From assembly GCA_017533425.1 (NCBI GenBank), contig JAFXIE010000046.1, positions 1-45,403 on the forward strand: a stretch of 45,403 nucleotides of DNA, written 5' to 3'. The DNA is from Clostridia bacterium. GTDB lineage: Bacteria > Bacillota > Clostridia > Oscillospirales > QAMX01. Below the pieces are notes generated by a model that was not told where the DNA came from, ran no database searches, and saw nothing but the letters and a program-made list of their open reading frames with translations. Position numbers and translations under genes: made by a program. Each line of letters begins with the position of its first letter. Positions within the stretch are counted from its first letter, which is position 1. Shown piece by piece: positions 7,897-16,237 of this stretch.

Positions 7897-10020
7897 TTAT
7901 CGTTGATCGCACAGAAGCTTTGTCAATCCGTCAAGATCCAGCGGGCGGCTGAAGAGATAGCCCTGGCCGACATCGATGCCCATATCGCGCAGCATATCGC
8001 GCTGGGTAGCATTTTCAATGCCCTCGGCCACCAGATGCACGCCGCCAAGCTCCCGCATCATACGCACGGTATTTTTAAGCACCGTGCGGGTGCGGGCGCT
8101 GCTCTCGATATCCGCCACCAGAGAGCGGTCAAACTTGATCTCATCAAAGGTAGCCACAGAAAGCAGGGAGAGATTGGAATGCTCCCGGCCGAAATCATCC
8201 ATGGAAAAGCGGAAGCCGGCGCCGCGCATTTCCTGCATCAGCGTCTCCAGCACATCCATGCCGATTTCAGAAACATTCTCCGTCACCTCCAGGGTGAGAA
8301 GCTCGGCAGGAACGTCATATTGACGACAAAGGTCAGTCAGCGTTTGAACAAAATCGGGCAACAGCAGGGTGCCTCGGCAGAAATTGACCGATATCGGCAG
8401 CCGGATTCCCCGGGCGGCAAATTTTGAGACGGTACACAGCGCTTCCCGCAGGGCAAAGAGATCCAGATGAATAACCGCGCCCATGGCCTCATACCGGGGC
8501 AGGAAGCGGGCAGGGGGAAGCACCGTACCATCGGCATCGATCCTGCGGATGAGCGCCTCGGCACCGGCAAATTCTCCGGAAGAAAGATGGAATTTCGGCT
8601 GATACCAGAGGGTAAAGCGGCCGTTTTCAATCTCACGCAGCACATCCACCGCCGCCGCTACGGCACGTCTTCCCTCCTGCAGGGCCATGTAGTAGCTATA
8701 CTGCTTGACGGAGTTCATGCGCTCGTCGGCACGGGACAGCAGCGCATCGATATCAATGCCGTCATCCCCCCAGGAATAGCCGAGGGAAACGCGGAAATCC
8801 CTCTCCGCCGCGAAGGCTGCCTGCAGCTCGGCAAGTTTAGCAAAAAAGGTTTCATTGTCCATATCCGGGCAGGGCGCGATGAAAAGATCTCCGCCCAGGC
8901 GGTAAATGGGCACACCGAGAACATCCCGCAGAATGTGGGCGGTGCGGATAATGACCTCATCGCCCCGGGTATAGCCAAAGCGCTTATTGATATCATCCAG
9001 GCCGTCGATATCCGCCTTGATGAAGCCGAGGCTGCGGAAATGGGTCAGATAGCGGCGCTGCAGCTCCTCAATATAGGAATTTCGATTGAATACGCCGGTC
9101 AGGCGATCGACATAGGAAAGATCGTGAAGCTTTGCCAGCAGACGCTTACGTTCGATCTCAGCACCAAAGAAGTCCGCGGCAGCCCGGAGAATGCGATCCC
9201 GGGTTTCGAGATTGAGGCGAGGATTGTCCAGTACGATAAAACCAAAGAGATCACGGTCATGCAGCTCGCTGCCGCCGTACAAGGGCACCGCCGCCACAGA
9301 ATCCAGACCAGACACATCAAAAAAGCGCTGAAGCCCCGCACTGACGGGAGTCGCTTCCGCCCGGTCAAAGAAAAATTCTCTCTCCTGCCGTAGAATTGCG
9401 TACATCTCCCGGGTTGCCGCAGGGAGCAGCTCCCCCGTTACGCCGGAATTGATATTTTCAAACCCGGGGCGAAGCCAGGCAAAGGTGGTCAGATAGCTTC
9501 CGTTGACGGAATCGTATTCGATAATAAGCGCCCGGTCGGAGCAGTAAAAATCGCCAAGCACTTCAAGAAAATGCTCCGCGGCCAGGGCAATGTCATCTCC
9601 CATGGTCAGCACCCGCGCCAGCTCCAGCAGCACGGAATCCACCGGAATCTGGTTGTTCAGCCGGCGATAATCATCAGAGACCATGCGCACGACCTCAACC
9701 CGGCAGCGGCGGCCTTCAATCTCGCGCAGATAGATTTCCTGCACCGTCCATTTCTTCAGCATCGGGTTGTAGCGGGTCTGGTAAAAGGTGCGGTCGGGGG
9801 TCAGCTGCAGGTTATTGCACCAGCTGCAGGGAATCTGGCTATCTGCCAATACATCGTGGCAGATTTTTCCTCGGTATTCCTCGGGCGAGGTAAGGCCGTA
9901 GAGCTGCATTGCTGCATCAGACATGTGCAGAAGCTCATGGGAATCAATATCCACAATATAGGCGTGTGTACCGGCGGTATTGACAAGAAGGTGCTCATAA
10001 CCGTTGAAATCCACAACCAT
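7897..10020 (-). CDS. PAS/GAF-GGDEF-EAL c-di-GMP signalling protein
   Basis: DRLTGVFNR and GGDLF (degenerate GGDEF). EALIR, SVN, LEVTE, DDFG, IKFDRS, EGIE and QGY are intact. Confidence 0.9.
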   Translation of the reverse strand: MVVDFNGYEHLLVNTAGTHAYIVDIDSHELLHMSDAAMQLYGLTSPEEYRGKICHDVLADSQIPCSWCNNLQLTPDRTFYQTRYNPMLKKWTVQEIYLREIEGRRCRVEVVRMVSDDYRRLNNQIPVDSVLLELARVLTMGDDIALAAEHFLEVLGDFYCSDRALIIEYDSVNGSYLTTFAWLRPGFENINSGVTGELLPAATREMYAILRQEREFFFDRAEATPVSAGLQRFFDVSGLDSVAAVPLYGGSELHDRDLFGFIVLDNPRLNLETRDRILRAAADFFGAEIERKRLLAKLHDLSYVDRLTGVFNRNSYIEELQRRYLTHFRSLGFIKADIDGLDDINKRFGYTRGDEVIIRTAHILRDVLGVPIYRLGGDLFIAPCPDMDNETFFAKLAELQAAFAAERDFRVSLGYSWGDDGIDIDALLSRADERMNSVKQYSYYMALQEGRRAVAAAVDVLREIENGRFTLWYQPKFHLSSGEFAGAEALIRRIDADGTVLPPARFLPRYEAMGAVIHLDLFALREALCTVSKFAARGIRLPISVNFCRGTLLLPDFVQTLTDLCRQYDVPAELLTLEVTENVSEIGMDVLETLMQEMRGAGFRFSMDDFGREHSNLSLLSVATFDEIKFDRSLVADIESSARTRTVLKNTVRMMRELGGVHLVAEGIENATQRDMLRDMGIDVGQGYLFSRPLDLDGLTKLLCDQR

Positions 10021-10064
10021 TTACCTCAATTCGACTGAATATATAAGAGGAAATACTTATGTAC

Positions 10065-10171
10065 ATTATAACACACAGCGGGGCGCTTGGCAATCCCAAT
10101 TCGCGCCGCAGGAATTGCCCGCGGCAATTTGCAGGTATTTTCTTGAATTTTGAAAGCGGTTATGTTATAAT
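10065..10171. promoter_or_regulatory. Divergent sigma-A promoters for GGDEF-EAL (-) and tRNA-Leu (+)
   Basis: Minus strand: TTGCCA-17-TATAAT (10093-10065). Plus strand: TTGAAT-17-TATAAT (10143-10171). Both have TG. Confidence 0.75.
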
Positions 10172-10185
10172 ACATTGACGAACCT

Positions 10186-10269
10186 GCCGGTGTGTCGGAA
10201 TTGGTAGACGACCGCGACTCAAAATCGTGTGCCTCTGGCGTGTGGGTTCGAGTCCCACCACCGGCACCA
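10186..10269 (+). tRNA. tRNA-Leu (CAA)
   Basis: GCCGGTG/CACCGGC acceptor stem, D-loop GGAATTGGTAGAC, anticodon loop CT-CAA-AA, long variable arm, GGTTCGAGTCC, encoded CCA. Confidence 0.97.
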
Positions 10270-10305
10270 AATAAAAAAACACCCCTCGGGGTGTTTTTTT
10301 ATTTG
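10268..10305 (+). terminator. Terminator after tRNA-Leu
   Basis: caaataaaaaaacaccc/gggtgtttttttatttg inverted repeat. Confidence 0.85.
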
Positions 10306-10353
10306 GTTACGTTGATGACCCGGTGAGAGCCCTGCAAATTGCCTGCAATTTGC

Positions 10354-10438
10354 GCAATACGAGCGCCGAGCGCTCGTTTGAGCAATAAGAGCACAGGGGC
10401 GCTCGTTTAAGCAATAAGAGCGCCGAGCGCTCGTTTGC
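10354..10438. repeat. Three tandem 28-29 bp hairpin repeats
   Basis: GCAATA(C/A)GAGC..GCGCTCGTTT units at 10354, 10382 and 10411. Confidence 0.85.
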
Positions 10439-10447
10439 GGTCGAGCA

Positions 10448-10462
10448 TCCCACCACCGGCAC
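10448..10462 (+). repeat. Direct repeat of the tRNA-Leu 3' end (att-like)
   Basis: tcccaccaccggcac is identical to 10253-10267. Confidence 0.85.
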
Positions 10463-10640
10463 TACTTTTTCACTATTAACTCTTCACTTTTCACTCTTCT
10501 CTCGAAGCTTGTCGATTAGGTAATAAGTAATAGTGAATAGTGAAGAAGTAAAGGTATCCGCATTGCGGTTGATTTGAATTTCTGTAAGAGTTCGATTTCA
10601 TACGCAAAATGCCCCAAATATCTTTTTCAAAGCCCATAAA

Positions 10641-10691
10641 CAAATAAAAAAAACTCCCTTCTGGGTGTTTTTTTATTTGTTTACGTTGATG
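10641..10691. repeat. Degenerate copy of the tRNA terminator and its downstream flank
   Basis: Near copy of 10268-10317, including atttg(g/t)ttacgttgatg. Confidence 0.8.
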
Positions 10692-10692
10692 C

Positions 10693-10838
10693 CTACTTTT
10701 CAAGCCGTGCGAGGTGCTCCACAAGAGCCTCCCAGCCGCCGTTCCGGCAAGACCCATGACATAGGCCTTTGCGAAGGCATCCTGATCCATCGGAAGCAGC
10801 GTGCCGTCAAGATCAAAGAGAATTGTTGTGATGGGCAT
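10693..10838 (-). pseudogene. HAD-family hydrolase remnant (probable internal deletion)
   Basis: RBS plus MPITTILFDLDGTLLPMDQDAF (HAD motif I). Homology is lost after about 33 aa, and a shifted frame gives a plausible C-terminus NGGWEALVEHLARLEK*. Confidence 0.7.
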
Positions 10839-10900
10839 AAATATATCCTTTCGCGAAAGAAGCGTGCCGCCCGCCGGGGTGGCAGACGGCACAGACGGGC

Positions 10901-12289
10901 TTATTTTTTGCCTTTCCGTCCAAAGAGCTTTGATCGGAAGAGGAAGACATTCAGCACCGCAAAGAAGGCGGCGAGAATGATGAGCACAAGTCCCGGACGG
11001 GTGGGCGCCATGGTCGCAAGGAACATGATGGGGAAGCCGAGAACAATGGCCGGGAAGTTCTGATAGACCATATTGTCGGCCGCCGGCGTCTCAAAGCGGC
11101 TGTCCAGCTCGCGCAGGAGGATGATGCCGGTGCTGGCAGTGCCGGTGAGCATACCGTACATCATCATAAATTGCTCCTGCTTGTAGGCCTTAAAGAGGGT
11201 TTTCGCAACAAAATACTCATACAGATAGGTGGAAACCAGGCCGACGACGCCGAGGATGAGGATGACGCCCCAATACTTCTCCAGAATGCCGAGTCGGATG
11301 GCGGCAATGCCCGCCACGACCATAACATCAAAGCAGAAGTTGGAAACTCGCGTCATCAGGAAGTCGTTGGTATATTTCCGCTTGGCGATCCCGCTTTTTT
11401 CCAGCATCCGGATGATGAGCTTGACGAGGGTCGCCGCGAGGACGCCGATGAGGAAGTTGAAGCCGTAGATGACCGAGCGCATGCCCGGCAGCAGCTTGCC
11501 AAGAAGGAAAAGCAGCAGATAGGTGGCAAGATTGGTCACCACCACCAGCGCGATCTGAACGGTCAGCTTATCCATACCGCCCTGCAGAGGGATCTCGTTG
11601 TCCGACTGAACCTCCTCAATGCGGAGAGGCGCCTCATCATCGGCGGAGGCGGGGGTGATATTCTTCCTGCGTTTGAGGATCTGCAGGTGAATGACGCCGC
11701 CGATGCTTGCCGAAAGGAAGCCCAGCGCCGCAACCGTCAGGCCGAAGGTCTTACCGCCGACAAAGCCGAAATCGGTCTCAAATATATTGCCGTAATTCAG
11801 AGCCTGCCCGGTTCCCTGTCCATAACCAAAGGGCAGCAGCACGCCGGCGGCGGAGAAAAAGCCGGGGATGACCAGCGCCGCAATCATGGTTATGCCAAGG
11901 CCAAGGACACCCTGCATAAGATATGTGGAAACGGTGGTGACGCCGGTGTTCAGAATCTCAACCGTGCGCTCCCGCGTCAGCTTTCCCTTGCCGGATTTGA
12001 AGGTAGATGCAATGAAGCCGAGAGCCAGGGTATGGTAGGTGATGACCTCCAGCATATTGTAGCCATTTCCGGCGAAAAACTGCGTTTCAAACATGGGCAC
12101 ATCGGCAAAAACATCATAAATTCCGGCAATGATGAGCAGTATCACGCCGCCGAGCACCGAAGTTGGGATGAGAGAATTGCGCAAAAACGGAATCAGGCGC
12201 TTCAGCGCATTGGCGCCAAGAAGGCTGAGCAGCAGAACAGCCGCCAGATTGAGCGCGCCCCAAACATTAGAGTCCCAAAAATTGGCCAT
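10901..12289 (-). CDS. Sodium/glutamate symporter (GltS/ESS-like) membrane protein
   Basis: IPTSVLGG, GYGQGTGQA and YGMLTGTASTG re-entrant motifs; multiple TMs. Confidence 0.75.
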   Translation of the reverse strand: MANFWDSNVWGALNLAAVLLLSLLGANALKRLIPFLRNSLIPTSVLGGVILLIIAGIYDVFADVPMFETQFFAGNGYNMLEVITYHTLALGFIASTFKSGKGKLTRERTVEILNTGVTTVSTYLMQGVLGLGITMIAALVIPGFFSAAGVLLPFGYGQGTGQALNYGNIFETDFGFVGGKTFGLTVAALGFLSASIGGVIHLQILKRRKNITPASADDEAPLRIEEVQSDNEIPLQGGMDKLTVQIALVVVTNLATYLLLFLLGKLLPGMRSVIYGFNFLIGVLAATLVKLIIRMLEKSGIAKRKYTNDFLMTRVSNFCFDVMVVAGIAAIRLGILEKYWGVILILGVVGLVSTYLYEYFVAKTLFKAYKQEQFMMMYGMLTGTASTGIILLRELDSRFETPAADNMVYQNFPAIVLGFPIMFLATMAPTRPGLVLIILAAFFAVLNVFLFRSKLFGRKGKK

Positions 12290-13478
12290 CGGATTCACCC
12301 TTTCGGATATTTTTTGTGCGATTGTAGATGTGAACGTATTTCAGCGCGTTGAAGCGCTTGTCGCCGTGCAGCTGGAAGATCTGCTTTCCGAGATAGATGT
12401 TAAGCTTATTCCTGCCAAGCACCGTGAAGGCCGAGCAATCCGCAAAGGAAAATACGTGCTCCGTCTCCTTCCCCGCATCCAACACGACACGGTCGCCGTA
12501 GAGATCCACCGTGGCCCACTTTAAGAGTCTGACCTTCTTTTCACTGGGGATGACCTCGGAGAATTCCGCGCCATCGCTGAAGATGGGACGCTCGGTATAG
12601 ACCAGGGGATCAAAGGCGTTGATATAGTCCTTCTGCCAGTCGTACCACTCGGAAACGGTGCGGAAGGGAAACTCCGGCAGGGTCGCGGAGAGGGTGAGAT
12701 CCTCGCCGTAGGTGACAACATTGCCGCAGCTGGTGCAGGCAAGACGCGCCTCCCGGCTGACATGCTTTGACAGCCCGCAGCGGGGACAGATATAGATGGC
12801 GCGCTCGAGAAATTCAGCCCGTCGGCGGTGGGTAAAGCAGGGATCTCCCTTGGTATCATCCACAAAAAGGCCCTCACGGATGGCCGCAAAGAGGGCTGCA
12901 TCGTCCATCGCGGCATATTCCTCCGGCTGGATGATGCGGGCAATGCGGGTAAAGACCTTGCCCCTGCGGATGCAGTCGCTCCAGCGGGGCTCGGCGCCGT
13001 AGCCGCCTTCAATGCGGTAGAGCACGATGGGCAGCCCCAGCCGCCGGGCAAGACCGGCGATGGAGGGGTTCATATATTCTGTCTTGCCGCTGTAGGTGCG
13101 GTTGCCCTCCGGGGCAATGCAGAGGGTACCGCCCTCCCGCACCACCTGCAGGCAGTTGCGGATGGCGCCGATATCCATCGTCTGCTTCTTGATGGGAATG
13201 GGCGCCACCAGCCAGCGGATCAGGCCGGATATCCATCCATTGGAGAAAATATCCTCGCTGGCGAGGTAATAAACCGGATCGCGGAAGGACATGCCCACAA
13301 AAAACTGATCAAAGGGGGTCTGGTGATTTAAAAGAATGAGGAACTGCCTTCCTTTACTATCCGGGCATTTTTCAATGCGGATGCCGTAGCGGATACGGCT
13401 GTAGGGATAGAGAACGAGATAGGCAAGATTTCGCACAATTCTGTGGCGAAAGCGAAGCCACCCCTTCTTCTTTTGCAT
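12267..13478 (-). CDS. PlsC-like lysophospholipid acyltransferase with C-terminal extension
   Basis: NHQTPFD (HX4D) and PEGNR motifs, followed by CPRC..CTSC. Confidence 0.85.
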   Translation of the reverse strand: MQKKKGWLRFRHRIVRNLAYLVLYPYSRIRYGIRIEKCPDSKGRQFLILLNHQTPFDQFFVGMSFRDPVYYLASEDIFSNGWISGLIRWLVAPIPIKKQTMDIGAIRNCLQVVREGGTLCIAPEGNRTYSGKTEYMNPSIAGLARRLGLPIVLYRIEGGYGAEPRWSDCIRRGKVFTRIARIIQPEEYAAMDDAALFAAIREGLFVDDTKGDPCFTHRRRAEFLERAIYICPRCGLSKHVSREARLACTSCGNVVTYGEDLTLSATLPEFPFRTVSEWYDWQKDYINAFDPLVYTERPIFSDGAEFSEVIPSEKKVRLLKWATVDLYGDRVVLDAGKETEHVFSFADCSAFTVLGRNKLNIYLGKQIFQLHGDKRFNALKYVHIYNRTKNIRKGESDGQFLGL

Positions 13479-13654
13479 CCTCAGCACCTCCCCGATTGTA
13501 ATCTAACCTACATTATAGCAGATTTGCGCGCAATACGCTATAATAATTCATACACTAAAGCATATTTTTCTGCATTGCCCGAAAGCTGTTGCAATAGACG
13601 GCATTTTGTGGTATTGTTATGATGTAGAAATTCTATGCAAGGAGGCACATCGCC

Positions 13655-15391
13655 ATGCCGAACTTCCCTCCTCTTTCCGATATCCGCATGACCGACTGTC
13701 ACGATACCAACACGCAGTATTCGCCCCCGCATTTTGCAACCTCGGCAGAGGTTGACCGCCGGCGGGAGGAGCTGCGCTTCAATCTGCGCATGGCCGCCGG
13801 TCTCTGGCCGGAGCCTGCCCGCACACCCCTCAATGCAAAATATGAGCTGGTGGGTGAGTTTGAGGGCTACACCCTCAAAAAGGTCATGTTTGAGAGCCGT
13901 CCCGGCTTTTGGTCCACGGGAAATCTGTATCTTCCCCGGCCGCTGCAGGGTCCCTGCCCGGCGATTCTGAACTTTGTCGGCCATTGGGAGGATCAGCGAC
14001 TTCACCGCGGCGAGGACGGCGACTTTCCTCAGCAGATCGCAAACTTTGCCCGCATGGGCTTTGTCTGCCTTGTGACGGATATGATCGGCAAGGTGGACAG
14101 CCGCCAGCTCTCCCACGAGTACGGTGCCCGTCCCGAGGAGGAGGCCTGGCTTTCCAACGGTCTTGGCGTTCAGCTTTGGAACAATATCCGCGCCATCGAT
14201 CTGCTCTGCGAAATGCCGGAGGTCGATTCCTCCCGCATTGGCGCCACCGGCGCCTCCGGCGGCGGCTCACAGACCCTCTTTGCCAGCTTGATGGACGATC
14301 GCATCCGCGCGGCTGCCCCCATCAACATGATCTCCCTTTCCATGCAGGGCGGCTGCCGGTGCGAGAACGCACCGGGACTTCGCCGGCATACAAATAACCT
14401 GGAAATGTGTGCCATGATCGCCCCGCGTCCCCTCTTCCTTGCCGGATCCACTGGGGACTGGACGGTCAACCAGGAAACCCTGGAGGCTCCCGCCCTGGAG
14501 GAGATTTATTCCCTCTACGGCGCCCGTGATGCCTTCCGCCATTTTTACCAGGACGCAAACCACCAGTACAACGCAAAGACCCGCCACGAGGTATACCAGT
14601 TCTTTGCAAAGCACCTGCAGGGACGGGACATCGTCTGGCAGGAGGAGCCCATCGAGACGGGCGATCTGCAGGATTTCACCTGGTTCCGCGGAGACAGCTG
14701 CGCGCCGGGCTTCCGGAGTGATTCCGAGTATCTCGCAGCGGATGCCGAGACCCGCACTGCGGCGGTGGCCGCGCTTTCTGCGGAGGATAAAAAGCGCATG
14801 CTCGGCTGGATGGTTGATGTCTGCGAGGAGGATCCCTTCTCCCTGGCCGAGGGTGAGGATACGGAGGGCTTCTCTATCGAATACGGCAAGCTTTCCGATA
14901 CCCGCGGCGCCGAGGTTCGCTACGCAAAGTACCTTCCGAGGGATTTTGATGGCCGCAGCGCCTTCCTCTTCATCGGCGGTGAGGACGGCTATGAACCCGT
15001 TTTGGAATGCCTTGAGGACGGCTGCGCCGTCATCCGCGCAAATCTCTTTATGACGGACGGCGACGGCGAGCCTGCCAGCCGCAAGGCCATGTACCGCAGC
15101 TGTTTCCATGCAAGCGAGGATGCCTGCCGCGTGCAGGATGTATGGATGCTCTGCCGCCACATTCTCTCAACCTGCGAAAGCCTGGATATCTGCGCCACCG
15201 ATGCCGCAGCCCGGGCGGTGGCCGTCGCCCTTCCCCTGCTGCCCGCCGGTGTTACGGCACATCTCGATGCCGCAGCGCTGAAGGATGCGGCTGGTATGAA
15301 CATCCCCGGCCTTTCCCTTCTCGGCGGTGTGATGGGCTGCGCAAAGCTTGCCATGCAGGAGGGCAAGATGGTCCATTTTCTCAATTTCTAA
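13655..15391 (+). CDS. Alpha/beta-hydrolase, acetyl xylan esterase-like
   Basis: VMFESRPG, RAIDLL..PEVDSSRIGATGASGGG (nucleophile elbow), GGCRCE, IAPRPL. Confidence 0.8.
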   Translation: MPNFPPLSDIRMTDCHDTNTQYSPPHFATSAEVDRRREELRFNLRMAAGLWPEPARTPLNAKYELVGEFEGYTLKKVMFESRPGFWSTGNLYLPRPLQGPCPAILNFVGHWEDQRLHRGEDGDFPQQIANFARMGFVCLVTDMIGKVDSRQLSHEYGARPEEEAWLSNGLGVQLWNNIRAIDLLCEMPEVDSSRIGATGASGGGSQTLFASLMDDRIRAAAPINMISLSMQGGCRCENAPGLRRHTNNLEMCAMIAPRPLFLAGSTGDWTVNQETLEAPALEEIYSLYGARDAFRHFYQDANHQYNAKTRHEVYQFFAKHLQGRDIVWQEEPIETGDLQDFTWFRGDSCAPGFRSDSEYLAADAETRTAAVAALSAEDKKRMLGWMVDVCEEDPFSLAEGEDTEGFSIEYGKLSDTRGAEVRYAKYLPRDFDGRSAFLFIGGEDGYEPVLECLEDGCAVIRANLFMTDGDGEPASRKAMYRSCFHASEDACRVQDVWMLCRHILSTCESLDICATDAAARAVAVALPLLPAGVTAHLDAAALKDAAGMNIPGLSLLGGVMGCAKLAMQEGKMVHFLNF

Positions 15392-15409
15392 CAGACCCGG
15401 AGGTACTTT

Positions 15410-16219
15410 ATGAAAAATTGTCTTGCCGCATGGCACTATAAGCACCGCACCTACTGCGAAAACGCAGAATTCTTTGCCGCAAACGGCTTTGAAGCCGTTT
15501 CCATGCTGGGACTTCACATGAAGCGCGTTCTGCAGGATCCCGCCCAGTCGGAGGAAATGGCCTGCATTATCAAAAAGCATGGGATTCCCCTCACCATTCA
15601 CTATAAGCTGCCAAATAGCCATTCCGCAGAGGATGTCGACCACTTTCACGAGGTCATCACCCGCTTTGGAGACTGGCAGAAGACCCACGGTCTCATCCAC
15701 ATTCTCTCCTTTGACGTTCCCAATGCCGTGCGCGAGAATCTCGCGCAGTATGTGGATTTCGTGCTGGAAACCGTCCCCGACTGCAAGGTCGGACTTGAGG
15801 ATTACTGCCTGACGGAGGGCGAGCGAGCCGATGTGGAACGCTTCAAGGCAGAGCCGCGCTTTGGCCATCTCATCGATCTCGGCCATGTGCACCTCTACCT
15901 GACCAAGGAGGCCGATGCCCGGGGCTGCGTTCCGGTGTATGAGGACTATCTTGCCTATATGCAGCGGCTGGAGTTTCCCGTTTGGGAAATTCACCTGCAC
16001 AACAACGACGGCGTTCACGATCAGCACCAGTTTCTCACCTGCGGTACCCTCTCCATCCCCAATATGGCGCGGCTTGTCACCGAAATCGGCTTTGACGGCG
16101 TGCTGACCATTGAATCCGCCCCCGGCTACACCTTTGAATGCTTCGGCGAGGATGCCGACCGCGGCATTTTCAACGACTACGAATACTGGAAAAAGTGCCT
16201 TTTCACGGCAAAAAGATAA
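15410..16219 (+). CDS. Sugar phosphate isomerase/epimerase (AP-endonuclease-2 TIM barrel)
   Basis: GLED, IDLGH, IHLHNNDG..DQH, GFDGVLTIE metal-binding motifs. Confidence 0.8.
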   Translation: MKNCLAAWHYKHRTYCENAEFFAANGFEAVSMLGLHMKRVLQDPAQSEEMACIIKKHGIPLTIHYKLPNSHSAEDVDHFHEVITRFGDWQKTHGLIHILSFDVPNAVRENLAQYVDFVLETVPDCKVGLEDYCLTEGERADVERFKAEPRFGHLIDLGHVHLYLTKEADARGCVPVYEDYLAYMQRLEFPVWEIHLHNNDGVHDQHQFLTCGTLSIPNMARLVTEIGFDGVLTIESAPGYTFECFGEDADRGIFNDYEYWKKCLFTAKR

Positions 16220-16237
16220 AATTCAGGAGTTTTAACC

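Noticed and set aside
10354-10438. Possible mini CRISPR array
   Set aside because: The units are directly abutting with no unique spacers, and there are no cas genes in the window.
10253-10462. Intact prophage or genomic island at tRNA-Leu
   Set aside because: The att-like repeats are only about 195 bp apart and no integrase or cargo genes are present. Kept only as a scar or mini-element finding.
10491-10892. 133 aa ORF as a functional protein
   Set aside because: Only about 33 residues are HAD-like. The rest reads through a terminator and repeats, so it is treated as a pseudogene.
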